From Marsupella aquatica (taxonomy: Eukaryota > Plantae > Marchantiophyta): a stretch of DNA of 64,000 nucleotides. The notes beneath the pieces were generated by a model. That model did not search any database. It was not told the origin of the DNA and saw nothing but the letters and a program-made list of their open reading frames with translations. Location of the stretch: assembly GCA_973895155.1 (NCBI GenBank), contig OZ316891.1, positions 8,619,875 to 8,683,874 on the forward strand. The letters are read 5' to 3'. Made by a program: the position numbers and the translations under genes. Positions 14,270-27,308 of this stretch are shown piece after piece (positions within the stretch are counted from its first letter, which is position 1; each line of letters starts with the position of its first letter).

Positions 14270-14919
14270 ATTGTTAGCGAACAAGTTACATATGCTGCTG
14301 GACATATGGTCAAGCAATTGTTAGGCATCTCTCACGGCTTATCCAAAGCCTTCAAAGAAGATTAATTGATTAGAGATCAATGCAATTGGGCTTATTAAAA
14401 TTCTTTGGATGCCATAAGCATCTTTTGTTGTGACTCGGACCATTAGCACAGCCTTGGCAACTTGGTTACGAATTAGAAGACAGTCATGTGTAGCAACCGA
14501 ATTGGTTGTAGCAACAAGATGAAGGATTTCCTTGCAACTGCGCTGAGGCCAGTCTTTGAGACACATTGAGGATGTTGACGACTTAGGACAAGAGGTCAAA
14601 TCTCCATTACAAACGAATGATCATTCTTTCAAAATCTTGGTATTGTATATGGGGTTCCATTAATACAAAAATCTGGAATCTGCAAAGGATCTCTTGGAAC
14701 GGCATCAAATTCTGCAAGGGTTGCCTCTGTTGAATGCTGGATATCATGTGCTTTTGGAAACATTTTCATTGAAGAAAGCTTTTTTCCACATTTATTTCCT
14801 CAGACAACTACTGTGCCATGTTAGTCATTTTTCCAGAGAGATGCCAAAGTCTTTGAGAGTAATGACATATGGGGCCCGAGGCTGGCAGCCTCTCGGAACT
14901 GACATAGGAAAACAATTCT

Positions 14920-15395
14920 CTTCAACCACACCTGCCCATATAAAAGCCTCACTCTCTCCCTCACTACTCCTCATTCCTGGCATGTGGTGTACAGTGTCTC
15001 ACCATTAAAGATGGAGCATTTACCACTTAAATCACACCTGCCCCTATAAAGGAGCTCTCATTAGCATTTACCACTTAAACCGCACCTGCCCCTATAAAGG
15101 GCTACGGGTAACCCGTAGCTCTCATTTTGAAGAGTACAAGTTCAGAAATGGATTTTGAGCTCCACAATAGGTGTTGACTGCAAAAGCTTTTTTTGGCAAG
15201 TACTCCACAAAAGGTGCTAGTGTTCTACCTTTTATGGTGATTAGTGAGACATGGAATGAGTCTTTTATAGTGGCAGGTGTGGTTTAAAGGCTCGACACTC
15301 AACACCTTTTGTGGAGCTCAAGCCCATTCCTGAATTGACCTCTAATTGACCTTTGAACTTTATAGTGAAAGCTACAGGTAACCTGTAGCTATGAG
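14920..15395. repeat. Dispersed non-coding repeat with internal inverted repeats and palindromes; related copy at ~43840-44135 in opposite orientation
   Basis: ACACCTGCCCATATAAAAGCC...CACTACTCCTCATTCC (~14927-14977) matches the reverse complement of ~44070-44131. TTTGAGCTCCACAA is also shared. Confidence 0.7.
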
Positions 15396-15949
15396 AGCTA
15401 GAGGTCATCTGTATCTCTTTATACGTGCCCTGGTAGTTGAACTGTTTTCTGAACAACTATTTGTATGAATGTTGTAATTTAGTGGGATGCCTAGTTTGTC
15501 CAGAATTTGTTGGGTCTTGTTTATATTTTGATTGTGTTTTACTGCATGTTAAAACTTGTTCAGAGGCAATCGCCTGTAGTGAACTAAGCTACAGGCCTAT
15601 ATGGGTTAAAGACACATGGGATTTGTTTTAAACCACGCATGGGAATACAATGAGGTCAGAGGACGGAGAGTAATCCCTGGATACTCATTAAATGTGCCTT
15701 GGTATTCCCCCACTTCCCACCGGAAACCTTCCCCTGCGTTTCAACATTTTTGGGTGAGTCCTTGTCACTTTTTCAGGCCAGTTTACTTTCACACACTTGA
15801 ATGCTGCCCGTGCCCAGATTATCCATTATTAAAATTTGTTTAATATTAAATGTACTTTTAGGACATCCTAACCTAATCTCTCGATTCTAGGGATTTCTAG
15901 GGTGCCCTGTGCAATGCCCGCGTGAAACTGAAGGTCTCATGTTCTCAAA

Positions 15950-16510
15950 GTATTCTGCACACAAAAATACTCTACGCCCCATTGCCCACTGCTGCAACAA
16001 TGGTCAAGTCAGTAGGTTTTGTTTCTGGCATTGCCAGTGTCTCGAAGCTAGGATCCAAGAGCAATGTGAATAGTTGACACATAAAGGGCATCCTGTTTTG
16101 GGGCATCATTTCTTGGGAGGGCAAGGTATCGACCCTCCTCCATTTCCCCCGCGCATCAGTAGTCGCGTCAATAGTCGAGTCAGTAGATTTGCCTCAGTGG
16201 ATTTGGTTTCTGGCACTTGCCAGTGCCTCGAATCTACAATCCAGGAGAAATGTGAATAGTTGATAGATAAAGGACATCATTTTTGGGGGCATCATTTCTT
16301 GGGAGGGCATGGCATCGACTCTCTGCACAAGACAGTACTCTCTGTGCTCCATTGCCCCCCCTGCGTCAATAAGAATGGTCGCGTCAGTAGAGTTGCGTCA
16401 GTGGATTTTGTTTCTGGCACTTGCCAGTGCCTCGAATCTAGGATCCAGGAGAAATGTGAATAGTTGACATATAAAAGGCATCCTTTTGGGGGGCATAGTT
16501 TCTTGGGAGG
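15950..16510. repeat. Three diverged ~185-205-bp tandem copies inside the MULE
   Basis: TTTCTGGCA(C)TTGCCAGTG...ATGTGAATAGTTGA...GGGGCATCATTTCTTGGGAGG recurs at ~16022, ~16208 and ~16411. Confidence 0.85.
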
Positions 16511-19391
16511 ATGATGCTGTTGGATGCAAATTGTGGGTTGAGGCTAATGATTGTCAAGTGTTGTTGTATCAAGAGAGGGATGAGAAGACACAAGCTCCAT
16601 TTCTGTTGGTGTTTGCAACAGAGTGGCAACTCAAAAAAATGGCCACTCTTGGGCATGGTAGTGCTGTGTCCATGGATGCCACTTTTGGTGTCAATGAGTA
16701 GGAGGTTAGTCTAATTCCAATTAAAATTGAGTATCTGTTACATGCTGTGACATATATTATTGTTGAATAGTGTCAATAATCTGACCTTGGTTGTGCAATG
16801 TTCACTCTATTAGTTAAATACTCTGCCATGTTTTTGACGTTGGCTCCAAAATGCTTTAGTTAAATACTATAATGTAGTGGTTTGTATTAGTTTCAGAAAC
16901 CTGACTTTGGCTCCAGAATGCTTTACAGTACTTTTTCTACAAATGTTTTGTTGTACCATATGTTATCATCATAAAGTTTTAGTATTTTGACCTTTTATAA
17001 TGTTTTCAGTGTATTCGGTACATGATATTTTACTACATTTTATTGTTTGAGAGTTGCAATAATCTCATGCTCGTTGTATAATGTATTTTTCAATGTAGTT
17101 GGTACATTAGTGTCTATATCTTCATAAATCTGACTTAAGCTTGGCTCTATAATGTTTTGCAGTACTCTTTGTACACTCTCCTTTGTTTTGATGACTTCCA
17201 GAATGGAATTCCCACATGTTGGGCTCTAATGGAGACCCACAAAGAGCAAGATTTACGGCAAGTTCTCACTGCAGTCAAGGTAGCCATGGAAAGAACCAGA
17301 CAGTGTGACTTACGCCTAGACGAGGCATGGGCTCCAACTTGCTTTATAGTGGATTGTGCAGCCGAAGAACAGAATGTGTTGAGGTAATTTGACACTAACA
17401 CTGTTGCTCAACAATTTGTGTATTGAAACAATCTTGTCTGAATATTATATCATCTAACTGTATTTGCTTTGGCAGTGAGGTTTGGCCAGGGGTTCCGATC
17501 ACTTTATGTGTGGGGCATGTGAGGAGAGCCTGGACTAAAAACACATTGAAAAAAGTTAGAGATCCACATTCCCGTGCAAAAATGAATAGAGAACTTGGAG
17601 ATCTCATGTATGAGAAGAACAAAGGTAAATTCTGTCCCTAGTTTGTCCCCAGAATGTATTTATCTTAGTTTGTGTCTAGTTTTTGGGCTAACCCTCTACA
17701 ACTGTTGATGTTTGCTTATTTAATGTAATCATTGTTTTCTTTCACAGACCCAGTCAAAGAGTCCCTTCGGTTCATGGCAATGTGGAAAGATGAGCAGTCA
17801 TTGTTTGTGGAGTATTACAAAACGTACTGGCATTGTAAGATCAGTAAGTGGGTGATTAACTTCAGGACCTTCAAGCATGCCAATCAGAACACTAATGGGG
17901 CGATTGAGAGATGGCATGGAACTCTGAGCGGTACCTGCGAGAAGAGAAGTCTACTAAGGTAGGCCGAAAGGTGGTTTGGCTGGTAGAACAGTTGATTAAC
18001 CACCTTGAACGCCACTACTGGTGTATATCTTGTATGAAGTGGCAAGGGTGAGTCAGAAATCGGAAAATTGAAGACATCATCTAGAAAGCCATCTTGAAGG
18101 CAAGGACTATTCCTAAAGATGATGTTAAGTACAAGGAGGGCAACAATATTGCATTTGTACGCAGCCAAAAAAAATCCAAGAGTGGCACGTTCTTGAAGGA
18201 TACCTTGGCGATAGTTGCGTCTGCACTTGTGGATCTAGTATGCAAGGGAATACCTGCAAGCATCAGGTAATTTTACATAGCCACAACTGTGATTTCATAT
18301 GAATTATGAGTCTAATTATCATGACAATGTCTCATAATTGCATTTCTCTATTGATGTGCAGATAAAGTTGTTGCTTTTGAGTGGCTTGTCTGAGTCCAAA
18401 GTTCTTCACACCTATGGAACTCACTATGGCACTATGGTAGGCGGCTTGGCATTTGAGACAGCACTGTGGCCAGAGCCTGATGTAGAGGTAGCAAATGTGA
18501 CTTTGCCAATCATAGATCCAGCCAACGCGGGATCAATTGAGGGAAATGAGGATGATGAACCTATAATGCAGGATGGTGAGCCACTACTGGAGGATTGTGA
18601 GCCACTACAAGAGGCTCCAACTTTCAGCTATGCCCACTATGAGAAGGTATTAAAGGAGATTTATGGCAAAGTTGAGACCACTCCGCATTTGAACAAACAT
18701 TGGAATGACTGGCTTGTTGAAATTACAAGATGAAATGTTTTCACTTGGGGCTAGATATGACTCTGTACAAATTGGGAAAACTCCACTGTCGAAGATGGCA
18801 AATCCACCAGCATTCCAAATTGTACCTGGGGCTGATGGTAGCTTGAAGAGGAAAGAGTCATTTGTTGATAAGATGTGCAAGAGACGAAGGCGGTCAAAGA
18901 ATTCACCAAGAAGCTCAACTTTGACTGAGGGCCCTGTCACTGCAGCTCCCTTTGTGAAGATTGTTACTGTGCGAGAGTCAGACCAAAAGAAACTTGACAA
19001 GGCAGCTTTGGCATGCGTGGATCTGAATCAGGAGCATGATTGGCATCTGACAGCCTCAATGGGCCGGTACAAGAAACCTACAAAAGTGGTTAGCAGTCGG
19101 AAGGGAAGCAAAATTGATATTGAAAATACAGATCCATGTCCAACACAGGCCATTGCTGAAAAATCCAGGCCACTTCCACATTTGAATCCAGTTTGGGAGA
19201 AAAAGGCCCTTGTCAAACGAGCTCCTAAACCTGTTCAAAAGAAGGCCCTAGTTCAGGTAGGACAGAAAGTTATAGGAGAGAAGAAAATTGTGGCTGAAAT
19301 GGATCCTATTTGCCCCACTCAGGTTTCATATGTTGGCAGTGGACCTTTGGTATACCCTAACATTTTTCAGGAAAGTGAGCTTATGCAATAA
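16486..19391 (+). pseudogene. MULE DDE transposase with SWIM zinc finger, spliced and disrupted
   Basis: Motifs SMDATFGVN (D1), YTLLCFDDFQNGIP, FIVDCA (D2), CVGHVRRAW (CxxH), NTNGAIERWHGTL (E) and SWIM-like CVCTCGSSMQGNTCKHQ at ~18218-18265. A stop at 16699 and frameshifts interrupt the frame. Confidence 0.82.
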
Positions 19392-19769
19392 TTCCCCACC
19401 TCTTACGGAGAAGACATAAAGGAGTAGGATGGATGGTATGTCTCATTGAAGTTTTGAAAAAATAGAGTTCAGTTTTTATGAGGTAGTGTCATTCAATGAA
19501 GGGCAGTCCAGGAGTGTACGTCGTTACACGACAATTTGAAAACTCAGTTGAGATATTTTTCCAGTGTAATGTGTTTGAAGAGAAATGTTCAATCTTATCC
19601 CCTCTTGTGCAATCTTTTGCCCTTGCATGTCTTCGTCCCAGAGTTTGTTGAAATCTGTAGCATGCTCATCCCGATAAACATTTCAGGCAGGAAAGGTTGT
19701 GTTAGAATGACAGTGACAATTTTCCAACAAAGGAAGCAAAGAATACGCTACAGTTCACAAGGACTATGT

Positions 19770-20162
19770 TGACATTTCTAGAATCTTCTACAAAAAACTC
19801 TGCAATCTACAAGCAAAAACTAGAGAAAATTTAGAGTCACTCCAGTTTCCGGGGGACACAATGAATGTGTAATTCAAAATGCCCTTATGAAAGTGAAATT
19901 CAAAATGCCCTTGTGAAAATGTACAAGTGAAATGTGAAAAAAAATGTTCAAAGTTAATTCAATTAATTGAAAGGTGACATTTCCAGAATCTTTTGCAAAA
20001 AATTCTGCAATATACAAGCAAAAAGGAGAGAAAATTTAGAGTCAATCTGTTCCCGGGGACACGATGAATGTGTAATTCAAAATGCCCCTATGAAATTAAA
20101 AATGCCCTTATGAAAATGTACAAGTGAAATGTGAAAAAAGTTAATTCAATTAATTGAAAGGT
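19770..20162. repeat. Subterminal ~205-bp direct duplication inside the MULE
   Basis: GACATTTC.AGAATCTT...GGGGACAC.ATGAATGTGTAATTCAAAATGCCC...GTTAATTCAATTAATTGAAAGGTG is present twice. Confidence 0.85.
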
Positions 20163-21072
20163 GGGCACGGGCAGCAGCAACAACATTCAGAGAAAAAAGA
20201 TTCTCTGGCCTGAAAAAGTGAGAAGGACTGAACCAAAAATGTTAAAACACAGGGAGGGTTTCCGGTAGGCAATGGGAGAATACCGAGGCACATTTAATGA
20301 CTATACATGGATTACTCTCCGTGAATGGACTTCGGATTACTTACCCAGAGCCCTCACTTATTGTTTGTGTGGTTCAAGAGCACATTGGGATCGCTGCTCA
20401 CTTGCCCTTCGACTGTCAGATTTCCACTCGTACCGTCGAGCATTCTTGATTGTTGGATGCAATCTTGAGTCTTGCCGAGATCTACTTTTGAGAAAAACGC
20501 AGCTGCATTTGATTCAGTATTTCAAGAGAAATATGTAGAATACATTCCCTGCTATCTTATTGGCTGATACAAACTTTTGAAAATTCAAAAACATTTTTGG
20601 GCAATGGGGCAGGCCCTATGCAGCAGGTTAGGGTCACGGTGTGTACATGTCTAGAGTTATGTATTTTTTTTCCTATGTATTTCGATTTTGAGTGTTAGCT
20701 CAGCGGGGCTACCTCATGGATCAGCCCGGCAGGTCTCATATTCGATCCCCCTTACAATTATTATTTTTATTATTTCAGGAACTTGCCAATTCCACCCCAT
20801 AAGACGGTTGTGAAATTATAATCAGTACGTTTGTGGTGGTCTGGCCAAGTGATCTTGAGGCATTCGATTGAGAATCCTACATACACAATTGGATGAAAGC
20901 TCACGAATGGTGCAAGAGAAAAGTACATTGGAAGAGGGGGGAGGGGGTATAAAGGGGCAGAGTCCCCTCTTTGGAGCCCCATTCTACTTTGTGCAAGGTT
21001 TCCAATTGCACTAAGGGAGGCTTGGGGGACCCGTTTTCAAAATTTTCTCAGTTTTCCCCACATTGTCTTTTC

Positions 21073-21181
21073 TGTTAGACTCTACCTTTGACCGGACGAC
21101 CGGACCAGCCGGTCACCCTGGTCCTACTATATGTACTCCTATTCCCGACTGTACACATGTTCATTCCATTCTATTCTCACA
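21073..21181 (+). repeat. 5' LTR of the Bianca-like element
   Basis: TGTTAGAC...CTCACA, identical by eye to 27309-27417. Confidence 0.95.
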
Positions 21182-21195
21182 CGTTATCAGCACGA
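21182..21195 (+). promoter_or_regulatory. Primer-binding site CGTTATCAGCACGA, complementary to the anticodon arm of tRNA-Ile (half-tRNA priming)
   Basis: The reverse complement TCGTGCTGATAACG matches the plant tRNA-Ile(AAU) segment TCGTGCTAATAACG (recalled from memory) except at wobble position 34. Confidence 0.75.
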
Positions 21196-22290
21196 AAGCT
21201 TAACGAGCGGAGAGCAGATAGAAAATAAGAGAAAAAGATCAATCATCGATGGAAGAAAGAAGAAAAGGAGAGAGCACGATCCGATTGCAGCTCCATAAGG
21301 ACCCAAAGATTTCATAAGGATCGAGAAGGATAGATGAAAAGCTCGCCTAGATCAGCATGGCCCCGATCATCAATCACCAAGGATCGATGATGCCAAATGA
21401 ATGACAGGGAGATGCCGAGAGCAAGAGACGGAGAGATTCGCGAGGGGAAAAGCATGACAGGTGCAACAAATTTCCAGAGAAAATCAACGCGAGTGCAGTA
21501 ACCTCGCGAACCAAACAGCATAGAAACAAAAAGGAACTATCGAAAAGCTATCGCACGACCTTGACACCCCAACGAAACAGGAGGCGAAGGAACTTGAGAG
21601 GGACTAAGGAGATACCGAAAGGCAGCATCGGAAGGGCAGCATTGAAAAGAAAAACACCGATCATGATCGAGAAGCGTAGTATCGAACGAGAGACCCTCCC
21701 GCAAAGAATGTGAACTTGAGTAGAGCCTCGAACACAAGAAGGCGAAAAAGCACCAATAGAAACGACGGACAAAGATATCAAAGAAGCAAATTGAGGCGCA
21801 AGAGAAAAGCTTACGAACCAGCAAGGGGGCTACCAAGCGGGGAGATTGCACTACATTTCATCGACAAAACGTTGAAGAAAACTCAAACCGCTAAGTGCAC
21901 GATCAATAACCGCAAACCCTCTACAATTGCACACCGTAACAAAGAACAATTTACTTTACAAAGCTGCATGTGCACTTAACCAAGGCACGAGTATATAACC
22001 ACCCATAACTGCAACCCTAAGTGCACAACTGGATAACTACACAGTTTCACAAAGGAAATAGCAATTACACAGGAAACCTTGCAGTTATACATTTACAAAG
22101 AAAACCTACTTAATAAGTACAAACCCTAAATTCTGCAAATACCCAAACATTCCTGCTTTACTCGCCAGTGACCTAGATTGATCTCCTCAACCCTTTCTCC
22201 ATCATTGCATGCGGCAAATGTGCATTGTCTTTTGACTATATATATTATATATAAACACGCACACCACCGCTGCACGCCAGGACCTTAGAG

Positions 22291-25200
22291 ATGACCAACC
22301 TTGAGAAACTCAACTTCCCCGCCCTAGAAATAGATGGCGGCAACTACCTAGAATGGTCCATGAACCTAAAAGAAAACCTAACCTCGCTAACCCTACTCCC
22401 TGCAATAGGGCTCGCTCAACCTATCCTTGTCTGCGAACCACAACCAGACCCATTGACTAAAGCCAACGAATCTAAAGCCCTAGTATTCCTAAGATGCCAT
22501 ATCCATAGATTCCTCCAGAGACAATACATGCACCTATCGACTCCTCGGGAACTATGGACAGCCCTACAGACCCGATTCGATCACCATAAACTGATCGAAT
22601 TACCTAAAGCCAGGCAAGACTGGCTAAACCTGCGGGTCCAGGACTTTACCTCGATCTCAGCCTACAATAGTGAACTCTTTAGAATAACCTCAACCCTCGC
22701 ACTATGTGGCGAGCCAGTTACGGACAAGGATCTGCAAGAGAAGACCTTGTCGACATTTCATTCATCGAATGTGTGGCTATCAACACAGTATCGAAACATG
22801 AAGTTCGGGCAATACTCCGAGCTCATAGCCCACCTCCTAGTCACCGAAAGAAATCAAGAACTTCTTTTCGTAAACTTTAGAAAATGACCTGCAGGCACAA
22901 TGCCCTCAGGACAACAGAATGAAACCTATAACATAGAAAATGAAGAACCCTCCACATCGAGGCAAGGCATTAAACGCACTAAGTATAGCAAACGGAGAAA
23001 CACCCACAATAGGGGGAGTTTCTATAACCAACGTCCACAATATAACTCCCAACGGACCTTTAGAGGACGTGGAGGACGTGGTGGACGAGAAGGACATGGA
23101 AGATGAGGAGGACGTGGTGGACGTGGTGGACGCGGAGGACGTGGCGGACGCGGAGGACGCGGCGGTGGTAGAACATATAACAACAACCGTAGAAACAATT
23201 GGTCACAATCCCGACAACAACGGGAACGACCGAAATGCCATGAATGTGGCATGACAAACCACCTAGCGAGAAACTGTAGAATCCCGCAACACCTTAGAGA
23301 TCTATACCAACGGTCCATCCAGGATGGACAAACCTCTAGGCCACCACCCCGTGAAACCCACGGGGCGTTCATGGAGTCTAGTGACCCATTCCAAGACTTT
23401 TCAGACCTACCTGTCCAACCCGAGGCACACTTAGTGGCAAGTAGCTCCACTACACCAGATTTAAATAGTCCAAGCACATGTATTATCGATAGTGCGACCA
23501 CGCATACTATCCTTAGGGATAGGCACCTTTTCCACAAGATTACACCCTCACGTAGATCCCTGACCACTATAAATGGCCCTAACCAAATAGAAGAAGGCTT
23601 CGGCCCAGCTTCCATTAGACTACCGCAGGGTACAGCGATTCACATAGAATCCGCCATTTTTACCCCGAACGCAACCCGTAATCTCCTCAGTTTTAGAGAT
23701 ATACGAGCAAATGGACTACATGTCCAGACGGGCGACACAAGAGACCAGGAAGTGATACACTTGGTTGAAAATACCCCTACGGGGAAAATCATTAAAGAAA
23801 CACTTTTCTCGTATCCTTGCGGGTTTTATGTAACTCATATTGAATGCCTGCATAACAATGCCAACACAAGCAAATTGCATGCGCTTTGGCATGCACGCCT
23901 CGGCCACCTCGGCCAATCAATGCTAACCAAAATCATTAAGAATTCAAGAGGCATTCCAATCAATACGCGCCACATTCCAGCGAGCACCCCATGCACTACA
24001 TGCTCACGCGGCAAACTAATAACAAGGCCCACGGCATCAAAATTGCCAACTAAAATACCCCAATTTTTGGAAATCATCCATGCAGATGTTTGCGGGCCAA
24101 TTAACCCTCCGAGCGGACCTTTCCGCTACTTTATGGTATTAATCGATGCATCAACTAAATGGTCAAATGTGACACTACTTTCAATGAGGAACATGGTTAT
24201 GCCTTGGATTTTGGCGCAAATCCTGCATGTGAAAGCACAATTCCCAGATCATCCCATTAAGACACTAAGGGTGGACAACGCAGGGGAATTCACATCCAAC
24301 ACATTTGATGACTTTTGCACATCACTTGGCATAGACGTACAATATCCTGTACCTCACGTGCATTTTCAGAACGGATTAGCTGAAGCGGTCATTAAACGCC
24401 TTCAGTTAATTGCACGCCCATTACTAATGCAGTCAAAACTCCCCGTCTCAGCATGGGGACACACCATATTACAGGCTAATGCATTAATCCAATATCGCCC
24501 ATCGGCCTTTAATACCTATAGCCCATACCAAATTGCTAATGGTATTAAACCTGACCTATCACATCTTCGTTCATTTGGATGTCAAGTAATGATCCCCATT
24601 ACTCCACCCAAACGAACAAGATGGGACCCCAACGATAGTTGGGGATATACATCGGATTTGACTCACCATCCATAATCCGATATATGGAGCCTACAATTGG
24701 CGACATTTTTAAAGCCAGATTCCTAGATTGCCATTTTGATGAACACATTTACCCACCATTAATAACCCCTGAACACCCACAACCACCTTTGGAGTGGGAA
24801 AGACATTCGCCATTTTGGCAAGACCTTAGAACCAATCAAGGGGAGAAAGAAGTTCAAAGAACTCTACAACTCCACAAGATTGTGGAAGAACTTCCCGACG
24901 CTTTCGTTGATACATCACAAGTTAGCCGCTCACATATTCTAGCTGCGAGAGCATCTGCTCGCATCGAATTATCAAGTGAGCCAGCAAATACATCCCAGCC
25001 TCGTGCCAAACGTGGCAGACCTTTGGGATCAAAGGATAAACAACCAAGAAGGCGTGGTTCATCTATACCACCTTCACCTGATGTCGATCATACCGAATCT
25101 ACATCCCATGAAGAGATCTCTATCCACTACGCACACACAGGTGCGATGTGGGATAGAAATACTACTTCAATAGATAATGCTTTTGCATTAATGGTGGCAA

Positions 25201-26983
25201 CACATATCACTGACGATACACCCGAACCAATATCTATCTTAGAATGCCAAAATAGACCAGATTGACCTGAATGGCAAAAAGCTATAAATGGAGAATTAGA
25301 TTCCCTACTCAGCAGACACACTTTTGGCCCAGTCGAGCCAACACTGCAAGACGTACACCTAATTGGCTACAAGTGGACATTTGTCCGAAAAAGAAATGAT
25401 AAAGGCCAAATTGTACGCTATAAAGCACGTCTGGTAGGGAAAGGATTTACCCAACAACCGGGAATTCATTACGATGAAACTTACTCACCGGTTATGGATA
25501 GCACAATATTTCGATATCTTATCGGATTTGCCATTTTCCATCAACTACAGATGCGACAACTGGATGTTGCAACTGCATATCTATATGGCACTTTAGACAC
25601 TTGTCTATACATGCGATCACCTCCTGAGTTGGAGCAACGACGCCGAGCTTTAGCTCAAGGCGCTAAATCGCATATCCCATATTTACATAAGATCATAACA
25701 CAATTATCTCAAGTTACACCTCATATGTCATCTACACATGTAACTCATAATAACGACACCGCTGTGTCAACCGTACGGAATACTCGCCGCGGACTAGCTA
25801 TCCGCGTGTTGAAGGCATTATATGGCCTGAAACAAAGTGGCAGAGTATGGTATCAAAGATTTACTGATGAAATGATTGCCATGGGTTTTTCCCATGATGC
25901 CATTACACCATGTTTATTTATTAAACATGTGGATGATGAATATGTCATCGTTTCTATTTATGTTGATGACTTAATATATTTGGGACACCCCAACTTACAG
26001 AAGATACTACTACCAGTCTTAAATCAACATTTGAGATGAAAGACCTTGGACATACAAACTTTTGCTTAGGCTTACAACTAGAGATCCTACCCACTGGCAT
26101 GATGCTCCATCAGACCACACAAACCGAAAAGATCCTAAAACAGTTCAATATGAACCTTGCACACCCATTGACGTCACCAATGGTTGTACGTTCATTAGAA
26201 AACAATACTGATGTTTTCCGCAAGCACGAAGAACATGAACCAATATTAGGACCAGAAACTCCGTACCTTTCTGCGATAGGAGCACTAATGTACTTAGCAA
26301 ATCAGACAAGACCAGACATCGCATTTGCAGTTAACTTACTAGCTAGACATAGTGCAACTCCCACAGCTAGACACTGGAACGGAGTTAAGCACGTATTTAG
26401 GTATCTGCGTGGCACCACCGATACAGGGTTATTTTACCCATTCGGTGCAAATCATGAACTCATAGGATACGCGGATGCCGGATATCTTTCCGACACCGAC
26501 ACCGCAAAATCCCAAACCGGATATGTTTTTACTATTGGGGGTACCGCTTTTTCTTGGAAAAGCGTGAAACAGACCCTAACAGCAACCTCATCAAATCACT
26601 CAAAAATCTTAGCTCTACATGAGGCTAGTCGTGAAGCCATTTGGTTACGATCCTTTATAAACCACATCAACACCAAATGCGGCCTACCACCACTAACGAA
26701 GCCTACTAACATTTTTGAGGATAACGCAACATGTATACAGCAGATCACGAAAGGATTCATCAAAGGCGATCGCGTGAAGCATATAGCTCCAAAATTTTTC
26801 TACACCCACGAGTTACATGGAAAAGAGATCAACATTTTGCAGATCTCAAATGCAGACAACTGTGCGGATCTCTTCACCAAATCACTACCACCATCAGTTC
26901 ATCACCGACACTGCCAGGCGATTGGACTACGGAGCGTGCGACGCATGATGACCGTGGAGGCTGCTGCTCCACATGATACTTGA
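22291..26983 (+). pseudogene. Copia gag-pol polyprotein with stops and frameshifts
   Basis: gag (NYLEWS, ELWTALQTRF, CCHC knuckle at ~23235), protease IIDSATTH, integrase WHARLGH/HADVCGP/RVDNAGEF/QNGLAE, RT YKARL/LYGLKQSGR/IYVDD, RNase H YADAGY/FEDN/ADLFTK. Stops at 22885, 23104 and 25263; frameshifts near 24620 and 25975. Confidence 0.93.
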
Positions 26984-27308
26984 TGATGCTGACGACATGA
27001 TGCTGACGATATGCTGCTGACGACCCACTGATGAAACAAATGTTAAAGCTAGATTTACTATAGCATCTAACTTTATACACTATTGACATTTATTACGACG
27101 AGGACTGTTAGGCTGCACTCTTTTTCCTTTAGCACTCATATTTTTCTTTGCTACACTGGTAGAGTTTTTACTAAGCTAGAGTTGATAAAAGTTTTTTAAC
27201 GAGGCAGTCTACCTCGATTGTACTTATATCATGTATTTCCTATGAACATGATATAATAGGTATAGTCTATGTTGTCTATATAGTTGTCACTATATATCCA
27301 AAGGGGAG

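Larger units (their letters stand above)
15662..20323 (+). mobile_element. Mutator-like (MULE) DNA transposon, decayed, with ~155-bp terminal inverted repeats
   Basis: Left arm ACGGAGAGTAATCC...TGCTGCCCGTGCCCA (15662-15816) is an imperfect reverse complement of 20162-20323. Transposase remnants lie inside. No clean TSD seen. Confidence 0.85.

Noticed and set aside
15640-15661. Target-site duplication for the MULE
   Set aside because: No convincing 8-10-bp direct repeat with 20324 onward, so exact ends remain approximate.
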